DNA from: a virus
Taxonomy: Duplodnaviria; Caudoviricetes
Virus record (IMG/VR): IMGVR_UViG_3300032373_001162
Span: 1-32,865 of that record
Direction: 5' to 3' (one strand)
DNA: 32,865 bases
Shown in pieces: positions 16,597-25,640 of the stretch (position 1 is its first letter; every line of letters starts with the position of its first letter). A program made the translations under genes and the position numbers. The notes below the pieces were generated by a model. That model did not search any database and was not told the origin of the DNA. It was given only the letters and a program-made list of their open reading frames with translations.

Positions 16597-18595
16597 CAAC
16601 ACGGCAAGCGACGACCTGACGGCAGACCTCGATCTCACCTTTGACGGGGCCGAAGACATCCTGCGCGCCTGGCGTCGCGGGATGCGGCCTGATCCGGACC
16701 TGACGGTGTCGGAATGGGCGGATCAGCACCGCAAACTGTCCTCGCGGGCCTCGGCCGAGCCGGGGCAATACCGCACCACGCGCACGCCTTACTTGCGCGA
16801 AATCATGGATGCGCTGTCGCCGCGGCACCCGGCGCAACGGATCAGCTTCATGAAGGCCGCGCAGGTTGGGGCGACAGAGGCGGGCAACAACTGGGTCGGC
16901 TTCGTCATCCACCATGCGCCGGGACCGATGCTGGCGGTGCTGCCGACGGTGGAGATGGCGAAACGCACCTCGCGCGGGCGGATCGACCCGCTGATCGAGG
17001 ACAGTCCGGCGCTGAAGGAACGGGTGCAGCCTGCACGGTCGCGGGATGCGGGCAATTCGATGCTGTCCAAGGAATTCCCGGGCGGCATCCTGGTGCTGAC
17101 CGGTGCGAATTCGGCGACTGGCCTGCGGTCCATGCCAGCCCGCTACATCTTTCTGGACGAGGTCGATGCCTATCCGGCCTCAGCTGACGAGGAAGGCGAT
17201 CCGGTTACCCTGGCCGAGGCGCGGACCACCACCTTCTCGCACCGGCGCAAGGTGTTCATGGTCTCGACGCCCACGATCCGGGGGTTGTCGCGCATTGAAC
17301 GGGAGTTCGATGCATCGGACCAACGCCGGTACTTCGTGCCCTGTCCGCATTGCGGGGCGATGCAATGGCTGCAGTTCGAACGCCTGCGCTGGGATAAAGG
17401 GCGGCCCGACACGGCCGCCTATCATTGCGAGGGCTGCGAGAAGCCGATCGCAGAGCATCACAAGACGCAGATGCTGGAAAAAGGCGAATGGAGGTCAACT
17501 GCGGTGTCCGCCGATCCGCATTCCATCGGCTTCCACCTCTCGGCGCTCTATTCGCCCTTGGGGTGGAAAAGCTGGCAGCAGATCGCGCGGGACTGGCTGG
17601 CGGCGCAGGGCTCGGAAGAGATGCTGCGCGCGGCGCGCAACACTCTGCTGGGCGAGACATGGGTCGAGTCGGGCGACGCACCGGAATGGCAGCGGCTGGC
17701 AGAACGGCGCGAAGCTTATGGCGGCGCGCACATCCCCGTCGGTGGTCTGTTCCTGACCGCGGGCGTCGATGTACAGAAGGACCGGATCGAGGTCGATGTC
17801 TGGGCCTGGGGGCGTGGGCTGGAAAGCTGGCTCGTCGATCACATTGTCATTGCCGGTGGCCCGGATGATCCGGCCTGCTGGGACAAGCTGACGGCCCTGC
17901 TCGGTCGGACATGGGTCTGCGCCAATGGGGCGGTGATGGTGATCGGCAAGCTGGCCATCGACACCGGCTACGAGTCCGCCGCCGTTTATGCCTGGGCGCG
18001 GGCGCAGGGGTTCGATCAGGTCGCTCCCGTCAAAGGTCTGGAAGGCTTCAACCGCGCCACGCCGGTGTCGGGCCCGACCTTTGTCGACGCCACCATTGGC
18101 GGCAAACGTCTGCGCCGGGGCGCACGGCTCTGGTCGGTGGCCACGGCGACGTTCAAGACCGAGACGTATCGCTACCTGCGGCTGGAGCGGCCCTCGGATG
18201 AAGACCGTTCGCTTGGGGTGCTCGACTCCCCTGGCACGGTACATCTGCCCGACTGGATCGACACGGAATGGCTCAAGCAGCTGGTGGCGGAACAGCTGGT
18301 CACGGTGCGCAACAAGCGCGGCTATGCCCACCCTGAATGGCAGAAAATGCGGGAGAGGAACGAGGCGCTTGACTGCCGGGTCTATGCGCGGGCAGCCGCG
18401 TGGATCATGGGCGCGGATCGCTGGGACGAGGCCACATGGCGGCGGCTCGAAGAACAGGCCGGGGTCGAAACCCGCCCAGCACCTCAGCAGGCGGCACCGA
18501 CCGAACCCGCCGCACCCGCCCCGCCAAAGGCCGGAACACCAACGACGCCGCGGCGCAAACGCCGGGCTTACACACCGAACTTCATGAGGGATTAA
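16541..18595 (+). CDS. Terminase large subunit, lambda GpA family
   Basis: RTPYLREIMD, MKAAQVGATE, YIFLDEVD, VSTPT, CPHC/CEGC, GVDVQKDR, RNEALDC. Start uncertain (alternative ATG 16682). Confidence 0.95.
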   Translation: MSERNSTPSPISGSVSDSDNTASDDLTADLDLTFDGAEDILRAWRRGMRPDPDLTVSEWADQHRKLSSRASAEPGQYRTTRTPYLREIMDALSPRHPAQRISFMKAAQVGATEAGNNWVGFVIHHAPGPMLAVLPTVEMAKRTSRGRIDPLIEDSPALKERVQPARSRDAGNSMLSKEFPGGILVLTGANSATGLRSMPARYIFLDEVDAYPASADEEGDPVTLAEARTTTFSHRRKVFMVSTPTIRGLSRIEREFDASDQRRYFVPCPHCGAMQWLQFERLRWDKGRPDTAAYHCEGCEKPIAEHHKTQMLEKGEWRSTAVSADPHSIGFHLSALYSPLGWKSWQQIARDWLAAQGSEEMLRAARNTLLGETWVESGDAPEWQRLAERREAYGGAHIPVGGLFLTAGVDVQKDRIEVDVWAWGRGLESWLVDHIVIAGGPDDPACWDKLTALLGRTWVCANGAVMVIGKLAIDTGYESAAVYAWARAQGFDQVAPVKGLEGFNRATPVSGPTFVDATIGGKRLRRGARLWSVATATFKTETYRYLRLERPSDEDRSLGVLDSPGTVHLPDWIDTEWLKQLVAEQLVTVRNKRGYAHPEWQKMRERNEALDCRVYARAAAWIMGADRWDEATWRRLEEQAGVETRPAPQQAAPTEPAAPAPPKAGTPTTPRRKRRAYTPNFMRD

Positions 18596-18596
18596 G

Positions 18597-18812
18597 ATGG
18601 ATCTGGAACGGATGCGCGCCCTGCTGGCGGCCCTGCAGGAAGCGCGCTACGCGGGCGTCCGCTCAGTCAGCTATGACGGCAAGACCATCACCTATGGCTC
18701 GGACGCCGAGCTGGCCAACGCCATTGCCGATCTGGAAACGCGGATCGCCAGCGCGACCACCGGCACACCGCGTCGCAGGCGATGGGGCACGGTCGCCTCG
18801 AAAGGTCTGTGA
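18597..18812 (+). CDS. gpW-like head completion protein
   Basis: 71 aa between terminase and portal; GVRSVSYDGKTITY hairpin flanked by helices. Confidence 0.82.
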   Translation: MDLERMRALLAALQEARYAGVRSVSYDGKTITYGSDAELANAIADLETRIASATTGTPRRRRWGTVASKGL

Positions 18813-18815
18813 TCC

Positions 18816-20312
18816 ATGGCCTTTGAAGCGTTCCGTCAGCGCATTGGCTCGATCATCGGGGGCTTCTATGCCGCTCAGGCCCATCGTCGCCTGCGCGGGT
18901 TCCGCGCCAGCCGCGCCCATGTGAATACGTTGATCGCCGCCTCGGGTGACACGATTACGGCGCGGGCGCGCTGGCTGGTAAGGAACAACGGCTATGCGGC
19001 GAACGCCGTGGAGTCCTTTGCCAGCAATGTCGTCGGCGATGGCATCAAGCCTTCGTCGACCATTGCGGATGCGGCGAAGAAGGAAGAGTTGCAGGCGCTG
19101 TGGCTCGCCTGGACCGATGATGCCGACGCCGAGGGTCTGACCGACTTCTACGGACTGCAGCGCCGGGCGGCGCGTGAGGTGTTCCTCTCGGGCGAGGTGT
19201 TCATCCGAATTCGGTCGCGCCGGGCCGAGGATGGTCTGACCGTGCCCCTCCAATTGCAGATGCTGCCTGCAGAGATGCTGCCGCTCGACATGAACAGGAC
19301 CCTGCCCGGAGCGGGGCTGATCCGGCAGGGAATCGAATTCGACGGCATCGGTCGCCGCGTGGCCTATCACTTCCTGCGCCGCCATCCCGGTGACATGACC
19401 GACCCGGGGCTTGCGGGCGAGACGACAAGGGTGCCCGCGTCAGAGGTGATCCATGTCCTCGACCCGGTCGAAGCAGGTCAGCTGCGCGGCGTATCGCGAT
19501 TTTCTGCTGCGATCGTGAAGCTGTTCACGCTGGACCTTTACGATGATGCGGAGCTTGAGCGGAAGAAGATCGCTGCGATGTTCGCGATGTTCATCACCTC
19601 GCCCGCGCCAGAAACCCCGCTGGAACCGACCGAAGAGGATCTGGAGGTGGAACCGGGCCAGGTGGTGCGGCTTGACCCGGGTGAAGATGTCTCCACCCCG
19701 GCAACCCCGGACTCAGGCGGCACCTATGAGCCATTTCAATACCGGACCCTGCTGCAGATCGCTGCGGCGCTGGGCATCCCATATGGCTACCTGACCGGCG
19801 ACACCGCGAAGGGCAATTTCTCGAACACGCGCATCTCGCTCATCGAATTCCGCCGTCGCATCTCGGCCTGGCAACATGGCGTGCTGGTGTTTCAGCTTTG
19901 CCGCGCCGTTTGGGTGCGCTGGATAGACACCGCTGTGCTGTCAGGCGCGCTGGATCTGCCCGGCTATGACAGCCAGCGGCGACAATATCAGGCTTGCGCA
20001 TGGTTGCCGACCAAATGGGACTGGATCGATCCGATGAAGGACGCCTCGGCCGAGATCCTACAGATCGAAGCGGGCCTGAAGTCCCGCACGCAAGCTTTGT
20101 CGGAACGCGGCTATGACGCCGAACAGGTGGATCAGGAAATCGCCGCTGAGCGCAAACGCGAGCTGTCGCTGGGCCTCGACTTCCGACGTCCGGGATCGCC
20201 CGCGCAGGGGCCGGGCCAAGGTGGGGCGAAAGACACGGATCAGGACAGCGACCGGGACGACGAGGCGGACGACAGCGCCGATGAAAAACCCGACCCCAAG
20301 GAGGGCGCATGA
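18816..20312 (+). CDS. Portal protein, lambda family
   Basis: RARWLVRNNGYA, GQLRGVS, NFSNTR, WDWIDPMKD. Confidence 0.95.
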   Translation: MAFEAFRQRIGSIIGGFYAAQAHRRLRGFRASRAHVNTLIAASGDTITARARWLVRNNGYAANAVESFASNVVGDGIKPSSTIADAAKKEELQALWLAWTDDADAEGLTDFYGLQRRAAREVFLSGEVFIRIRSRRAEDGLTVPLQLQMLPAEMLPLDMNRTLPGAGLIRQGIEFDGIGRRVAYHFLRRHPGDMTDPGLAGETTRVPASEVIHVLDPVEAGQLRGVSRFSAAIVKLFTLDLYDDAELERKKIAAMFAMFITSPAPETPLEPTEEDLEVEPGQVVRLDPGEDVSTPATPDSGGTYEPFQYRTLLQIAAALGIPYGYLTGDTAKGNFSNTRISLIEFRRRISAWQHGVLVFQLCRAVWVRWIDTAVLSGALDLPGYDSQRRQYQACAWLPTKWDWIDPMKDASAEILQIEAGLKSRTQALSERGYDAEQVDQEIAAERKRELSLGLDFRRPGSPAQGPGQGGAKDTDQDSDRDDEADDSADEKPDPKEGA

Positions 20313-21676
20313 TGCACCACGCGCAAATCGCCCAGCGCGCGTTCAACACCCCGCTGATGGTCGACCCGGCCAAGGCGCTGGCATTCCTGTCGGGTTTAGG
20401 GCCGCGGATCACCGGGCAGGAAATCGTCTTCCAAGGGCTGGACGTGGACATTCCCGATCAATCCGCAGCCTCTCTTCCTGCTCGCGCCTCGCTGTTTGGG
20501 AACGATCTCGCGCAGCGCCACCGGCGGAACGGCAGCCAGCCATTTGCGGTGGTGGATGGCATCGCGGTGATCGAAATCGCGAGCACACTTGTGCACCGAG
20601 GCGCCTGGATCGGCCAATCCTCCGGCCTGACGTCTTACGAAGGGATTGCCGCGCAGCTGCAGGCTGCGCTGGCCGACCCGGCCGTTCAAGGCATTGCGCT
20701 CGACATCGACAGCTTTGGTGGGGAGGTCGCGGGGGCCTTCGATCTGGCAGATCGCATCCGTGCCGCCCGCGCGCAAAAGCCGGTGCACGCCTTTGTTGCT
20801 GAACATGCACTGTCCGCAGGTTACGTTCTGGCCTCCCAGGCCGACCGGATAATCCTGCCCCGGACGGGTGCTGTCGGCAGCATCGGTGTTGTGGCCCTGC
20901 ACACCGACATGAGCGGCGCGCTGGACCAGAAGGGCATCGCCGTCACGCTGATCCATGCCGGATCGCACAAGATCGATGCCAATCCGTATCAACCTCTGCC
21001 CGAGGCCATACACAACCAGATGCAGCGCGAGCTGGAAGTGGTCCGTTTCCTCTTCGCAGAAACCGTCGCGGCCGGTCGTGGAGATCGCCTGTCCGATGCC
21101 GCAGCACTGGCCACCGAAGCCGCCGTGTTCCGCGGGGCCGATGCCATCGCGGCAGGTCTGGCTGACGAACTCGCCGATCCCGTCACCGCCTTCCGCGCCT
21201 TCGCCGCCGCACCCCGCGGCATCACGCCCCCCACCAGAAAGGGTCCACAGATGACAATCACGCCCACCGACACTCCCAACCCGGCCGCAACTGCCGCTCC
21301 ACCCGATGAAGCCACCGCCCCGACCACGACCACGACCGACCCGTCGGTCGCTGCCACCGCGCCTGCGACGGACGCTCCGGCACCTGCTGCGCCGACACCG
21401 GAAGTAGCAGCAATGACCGCCGAGGCTATTCGTGCTGAGGCCGCCGAAGTGGCGCAGGTCTGTGCGCAAGCGGCCCGGCTGGGCGTGACTATCGATGCCG
21501 CCGACGCCGTCACCAAGGGTCTGAAACCCGAAGCGCTGCGCGCCCGCGTGCTGGCCGACCTTGCGGCCCGCGGCGATGCTGCTGGCATCGTCGCCACCGC
21601 CCCGGCAGCCGCCGCCGCAAAAGACAGCCCGATCATCGCGGCGGCGAAGAAAACCGCGACTGACGCCCAGCGCTGA
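20309..21676 (+). CDS. S49-family capsid maturation protease (lambda C-like) with C-terminal scaffold region
   Basis: LDIDSFGGE, ALSAGYVLAS, VGSIGV; Ala/Pro/Thr-rich linker then helical tail. Confidence 0.92.
   Translation: MMHHAQIAQRAFNTPLMVDPAKALAFLSGLGPRITGQEIVFQGLDVDIPDQSAASLPARASLFGNDLAQRHRRNGSQPFAVVDGIAVIEIASTLVHRGAWIGQSSGLTSYEGIAAQLQAALADPAVQGIALDIDSFGGEVAGAFDLADRIRAARAQKPVHAFVAEHALSAGYVLASQADRIILPRTGAVGSIGVVALHTDMSGALDQKGIAVTLIHAGSHKIDANPYQPLPEAIHNQMQRELEVVRFLFAETVAAGRGDRLSDAAALATEAAVFRGADAIAAGLADELADPVTAFRAFAAAPRGITPPTRKGPQMTITPTDTPNPAATAAPPDEATAPTTTTTDPSVAATAPATDAPAPAAPTPEVAAMTAEAIRAEAAEVAQVCAQAARLGVTIDAADAVTKGLKPEALRARVLADLAARGDAAGIVATAPAAAAAKDSPIIAAAKKTATDAQR
21251..21676 (+). 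CDS. Possible nested in-frame scaffolding protein (Nu3-like)
   Basis: In-frame ATG 21251 (Met315) preceded by AGAAAGGG at the protease/linker boundary. Confidence 0.55.
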   Translation: MTITPTDTPNPAATAAPPDEATAPTTTTTDPSVAATAPATDAPAPAAPTPEVAAMTAEAIRAEAAEVAQVCAQAARLGVTIDAADAVTKGLKPEALRARVLADLAARGDAAGIVATAPAAAAAKDSPIIAAAKKTATDAQR

Positions 21677-21714
21677 ACCACCGCCCCAATCCCCAACATC
21701 ATGGAGACTGACCA

Positions 21715-22095
21715 ATGCCCGTCCTGACGGAACAGCCCAGCATGGGCGATGTCCTCAAATATGAGGTCAACCCGAACTACACCCGCGAGGTGATCACTCT
21801 GCTGCAAGGCATGCCTTATCCGGTCGGCTCGGTGCTTGGCCAGATCACCGCCAGCGGCAAATACAAGCTGGCGACCGCGACTGGCTCGGATGGGGCGCAG
21901 ACCGCCAGTGCCGTTCTGCTCTACGCAGTTGATGCCACGCTGGCGGACGCCACCGGCATTGTCGTGGTCCGTGGTCCCTCGATCGTCTCGCGTGCAGGCC
22001 TCGCCTATGACGCCACCGTCGATGACGGCACCAAGATCACCGCCAAGATCGGCCAACTTGCTGCCGTCGGCATCATCGCCCGCGACGGCGTCTGA
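21715..22095 (+). CDS. Head decoration protein (gpD-like)
   Basis: 126 aa between protease and capsid; GSVLGQITASGKY motif; GGAG upstream. Confidence 0.88.
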   Translation: MPVLTEQPSMGDVLKYEVNPNYTREVITLLQGMPYPVGSVLGQITASGKYKLATATGSDGAQTASAVLLYAVDATLADATGIVVVRGPSIVSRAGLAYDATVDDGTKITAKIGQLAAVGIIARDGV

Positions 22096-22128
22096 CGCCC
22101 TTTCCCCCTTCATCCTCCGGAGCACCCT

Positions 22129-23151
22129 ATGACCCTTGTCCGAAATCCCTTTGACGCTGGCGGCTATTCGCTGGCCGAGATGACGCAGGCCATCAACATC
22201 CTGCCCAACCTCTACACCCGCCTCGGCCAGATCGGTCTCTTCCGCTTCGAAGGCGTCAGCCAGCGCTCGGTGATCATTGAGCAATACGAGGGGGTGCTGA
22301 ACCTGCTGCCGTCGGTGCCGCTGGGTGGCCCCGCAACGCTCGGCACCCGCGAGGGGCGGTCGATGCGCAGCTTTGCCCTGCCGTGGATCCCGCATGATGA
22401 CGTGATCCTGCCCGCCGACATTCAGGGCCAGCCCGCGCTGGGCGTCTTTGATGGTGCCGACCCGCTGGTCGAGGTGATGAACCGCAAGCTGCAGCTGATG
22501 CGCCGCAAACACGCCCAGACGCGCGAATACATGGAGATGAACGCGCTGCGCGGCATCGTGAAAGACGGTGCAGGGACCACCCTCTACAACTACTTCACCG
22601 AGTTCGGTCTCGCACAAATCTCGGTGGATTTCCTGCTCGGCACCGCGGGCACCAATGTGCAGGGCAAGGTGCGGGAGGTGCTGCGCGCCATTGAGGACAA
22701 TCTCTTGGGCGAAAGCATGTCGGACGTGCATGCCCTCGTCAGCCGGGAATTCTTCGACAAGCTGATCGCACACCCGAAGACCGAGGAGGCCTACAAGTTC
22801 TACGCCGCCACCGGCGCGCAGCCTTTGCGTCAGGACGTGCGCCGCAACTTCCCCTTCGCGGGCATCGTGTTCGAGGAATACGCTGGCACTGTCACGCTTT
22901 CGACCAAAGCTACCGAACGCCTGATCCCGGCCAGCGAAGGCATCGCCTTCCCCCTCGGCACGATGGACACCTTCACCACCTATGGCGGCCCGGCCAACCT
23001 GCTGGAAGCGGCGAACACCATGGGCCTGCCGCTCTATGCCCGCCAGCATCTCGACGAGAAAGGCCGCTGGATCGATCTGATGACCGAGGCCTCGATCCTG
23101 CCGGTGAACAAGCGGCCACGCATCGCGATCCGCCTGCATACTTCGAACTGA
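22129..23151 (+). CDS. Major capsid protein (lambda gpE family)
   Basis: 340 aa; HAQTREYMEMNALRG, FAGIVFEEY, TEASILPV; position after the decoration gene. Confidence 0.92.
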   Translation: MTLVRNPFDAGGYSLAEMTQAINILPNLYTRLGQIGLFRFEGVSQRSVIIEQYEGVLNLLPSVPLGGPATLGTREGRSMRSFALPWIPHDDVILPADIQGQPALGVFDGADPLVEVMNRKLQLMRRKHAQTREYMEMNALRGIVKDGAGTTLYNYFTEFGLAQISVDFLLGTAGTNVQGKVREVLRAIEDNLLGESMSDVHALVSREFFDKLIAHPKTEEAYKFYAATGAQPLRQDVRRNFPFAGIVFEEYAGTVTLSTKATERLIPASEGIAFPLGTMDTFTTYGGPANLLEAANTMGLPLYARQHLDEKGRWIDLMTEASILPVNKRPRIAIRLHTSN

Positions 23152-23161
23152 ATGGTCTGCC

Positions 23162-23476
23162 ATGACCGTCTTCACTGCCGCCATGGACCGGATTTATTCC
23201 AACCCGTCCATGGCCGTTGCCGCGCTCTGGATGTCGGCTGCCACGTCCGAGGAAAGAACTATCCGGGTGATCCGCCGCGCCCCGGATCGCATCACCGAAT
23301 TCGGCGCTGGGCGCCTGGTCAGCGACACCATGATGGTGGACGTGCGCGTGTACGATCTGCCAGACCCTCGCCCTGGCGATCTGATCGTGATCGGTGCCGA
23401 CAGCTTCACCATTCAGGGCGAGCCCCTGCGCGACCGCGAACGCCTGATCTGGACGCTGGATCTGCGGCCATCATGA
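23162..23476 (+). CDS. Head-tail joining protein (gpFII-like)
   Basis: 104 aa, beta-rich, PRPGDLIVIGADSFTIQGEP; follows the capsid gene. Confidence 0.75.
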   Translation: MTVFTAAMDRIYSNPSMAVAALWMSAATSEERTIRVIRRAPDRITEFGAGRLVSDTMMVDVRVYDLPDPRPGDLIVIGADSFTIQGEPLRDRERLIWTLDLRPS

Positions 23477-23538
23477 AGCTGACGCCCGTTATCGATCCTG
23501 ATCTCGTTGCATTGATGGCCGCCGAGGTGCCAGCGTGA
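23473..23538 (+). pseudogene. Truncated duplicate of the 5' end of the 23900 gene
   Basis: MKLTPVIDPDLVALMAAEVPA* versus MKLKLDIDPDLVAMMAAEINA; shared DNA GATCCTGATCTCGT and TGATGGCCGC. Confidence 0.75.
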
Positions 23539-23542
23539 TCAG

Positions 23543-23830
23543 CTATTTGAACCGCTTCATAGCACTCTGGAACGACTCCGAGAGGCTGTCCCATGCCTGC
23601 TCGAAGCCTTTGCGCATATCGCCCCAGGCGGCGTCGGACGCCTGCTGCGCCTCTTTCATCTTCACCTCGGCCTCGTCGCGCTGCTTTCGCATTTCCGCAA
23701 GCTGCTTTTCGTATTTGATCTTCGCATCAGCCTGCGCTTCTTTGGCGCTTGCCTGCATCTTGTCGATCTCTGCGTTCCACTTGTCGATATTCGCCTTTGC
23801 TTTCTCCACATATGCGTCACGATCAATCAT
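23543..23830 (-). CDS. Coiled-coil protein resembling the Sll1863 stress-protein family (moron)
   Basis: RDAYVEKAKANIDKWNAEID...ASDAAWGDMRKGFEQAWDSL; GGAGG upstream; antisense to the late operon. Confidence 0.85.
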   Translation of the reverse strand: MIDRDAYVEKAKANIDKWNAEIDKMQASAKEAQADAKIKYEKQLAEMRKQRDEAEVKMKEAQQASDAAWGDMRKGFEQAWDSLSESFQSAMKRFK

Positions 23831-23899
23831 CGTCTTCCTCCCCGGTTCTGAAGTTGAAATGAACGCGCATCATAGCCGGAAAATGAGGTCTGTGGAAAT

Positions 23900-24529
23900 T
23901 TGAAGCTGAAACTCGACATTGATCCTGATCTCGTCGCCATGATGGCCGCTGAAATCAATGCCGGGGAAAAGGCCGTGAGTGCCGCGATGCGCGAGGCCGG
24001 AACTGGGCTGAAATCCGACTGGCGGGGACAAATCACCGGTGCGGGGCTTGGTCGGCGCCTTGCGAACTCAATCCGCAGCCGAAACTTCCCGAGGTCGGGC
24101 GAAAGCCTCGATGCGGCCGCGTTGGTCTGGTCCAAGGCCCCGGAGATCATCAGCGCGCACGACACCGGCCCGCTGATCCGCTCGAAGGACGGGTTCTGGC
24201 TGGCAATCCCGCTGCCCGCTGCGGGAAAATCCACGCGCGGTGGTCGGATCACACCCGGCGAATGGGAACGACGGCGCGGCCTGCGCTTGCGGTTCGTATA
24301 TCGCAGGACGGGGCCGAGCCTACTGGTGGCCGAGACGCGGCTGAACACCAAGGGTCAGGCGGTGGTGTCGCGCTCGAAGACCGGACGCGGAAGGGTCACC
24401 GCGCCGATCTTTCTCTTGGTGCCGCAGGTGAAGCTGCCAAAGCGGCTGGACCTCGCGCGAGATGCAGCAAGGGCGTTGGATAGTGTGCCGGGGCTGATTG
24501 TGGCGAATTGGGTGGATGGGAGGCTATGA
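23900..24529 (+). CDS. Tail completion/neck protein (DUF6441-like)
   Basis: 209 aa basic protein in the gpZ-like position; WRGQITGAGLGRRLANSIRS, FWLAIP; TTG start. Confidence 0.78.
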   Translation: MKLKLDIDPDLVAMMAAEINAGEKAVSAAMREAGTGLKSDWRGQITGAGLGRRLANSIRSRNFPRSGESLDAAALVWSKAPEIISAHDTGPLIRSKDGFWLAIPLPAAGKSTRGGRITPGEWERRRGLRLRFVYRRTGPSLLVAETRLNTKGQAVVSRSKTGRGRVTAPIFLLVPQVKLPKRLDLARDAARALDSVPGLIVANWVDGRL

Positions 24530-24669
24530 CGTCGGCAGTGCGGACGAAGCCACCGTCGGATGTTCGCTTGCCAATGGCTGTTTTTAGGCTTCCAGTTTAA
24601 CATCTGTCGTTTTTGAAACAGGGTTACAGGTCGTTGGAGACAGGGGCGTAGTAGTGCTAAAACCATATC

Positions 24670-24695
24670 AAAAAAAAGGCGGCCGAAGCCGCCTT
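24670..24695 (-). terminator. Intrinsic terminator closing the antisense PadR moron
   Basis: On the minus strand AAGGCGGC-TTCG-GCCGCCTT followed by a T run. Confidence 0.85.
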
Positions 24696-24753
24696 GAGTT
24701 GGAAGGGATGAAACCGGACAGCACGAGCACGGGCTACGGAATTTCGTGGTTCC

Positions 24754-25008
24754 TCAGAATATATCACCGGGGAAGAACCAGTCCCGGGGGCGAAAGATGC
24801 GCGTTAGCGCCATCCACGCATAGTACAGCCCCGCCTGGCTGGCGTACTTTTGGGCTGCTGCCTCACCGCCTTCGCGGAAAGACCTGTAGTAGTTCGCATG
24901 CAATCGCCACCAGTGGAGGCGAAAGTTCCATGACGGCCACAAGGCAAGGTATAGAAACACCTTAACCCAACGTGGCAGCCGAGGCTGCATTTGTCGTCGT
25001 CGTGTCAT
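24754..25008 (-). CDS. Small aromatic/basic hypothetical protein
   Basis: 84 aa, Trp/Tyr/Phe/Arg-rich; AAGGGG upstream of ATG; overlaps the PadR-like 3' end by 47 nt and ends 58 nt before the terminator. Confidence 0.55.
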   Translation of the reverse strand: MTRRRQMQPRLPRWVKVFLYLALWPSWNFRLHWWRLHANYYRSFREGGEAAAQKYASQAGLYYAWMALTRIFRPRDWFFPGDIF

Positions 25009-25414
25009 CGCGGTCCCCTTTCAGAGACTTTGTGGCACTAGCCGACAGGCGAATTTGGGCAGCAGCCTGCTCAACCGCGCTGACACCTTCCGGCGTCAAC
25101 TGCATGATTGCTGCCCTTCGCCCGCGACGTTGTGCGGTTGATTTAGACGGCAAAGCAGGAGAACGAGTAATCTTCGTTTTCTCTCCAATCGTGGATGGGT
25201 TTTTAGGGATGGCGGCATTGACTAAACCTCGATCCCGTAGGCGCGAGAGGGTCACGAAGACCTGCGCGTCAGGGATGCGTTCGCCAAAGATTTCGGACAA
25301 GTCATCCGTGATCTTTCGTGCGGTTGCATTTTCGGGGTCTGCATTGATCCGGTTGAGGATCATCAGCTGAACAATGCCAAGAGTGCGTGTATCGGCGTTA
25401 TCGCGACCGAACAC
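24962..25414 (-). CDS. PadR-like winged-helix regulator with an extended wing
   Basis: LGIVQLMIL...DAQVFVTLSRLRDRGLV...RGRRAAIMQLTPEGVSAV. Start uncertain: GTG 25414 chosen; the frame is open to 25588. Confidence 0.78.
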   Translation of the reverse strand: MFGRDNADTRTLGIVQLMILNRINADPENATARKITDDLSEIFGERIPDAQVFVTLSRLRDRGLVNAAIPKNPSTIGEKTKITRSPALPSKSTAQRRGRRAAIMQLTPEGVSAVEQAAAQIRLSASATKSLKGDRDDTTTTNAASAATLG

Positions 25415-25594
25415 TTGCCCTGTTCCGAAAGCAGGATTGGTGGTTGAGATTTCCCATTTGGTTTGCTCCTTAAAAAGAGCCTGTGCAGGTACAAATGACC
25501 CAACAAAAACGCCGTCGTATGGCGACGTACTTGCGCAGGCTGAATTATGAATCAGTTGGGTCATGTCTTGAAGATAGGGTCGCCTCAAGGCAGT

Positions 25595-25640
25595 TACAAT
25601 ACATTATATAGTCAATATCGTATTATAAATAATTTTTACT
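25595..25640. promoter_or_regulatory. AT-rich promoter/operator of the PadR moron
   Basis: TACAATAC-N17-GTATTATA imperfect inverted repeat; TTGACT and two TATAAT on the minus strand. Confidence 0.5.

Noticed and set aside
21260-21410. Ala/Pro/Thr-rich quasi-repeats
   Set aside because: Low-complexity protein linker, not a DNA-level tandem repeat.
20989-23184. 731-aa minus-strand ORF (also 20396-21715, 28417-30114, 26390-27412, 17495-18331)
   Set aside because: Antisense shadows of well-supported GC-rich phage genes; no motifs and no independent start signals.
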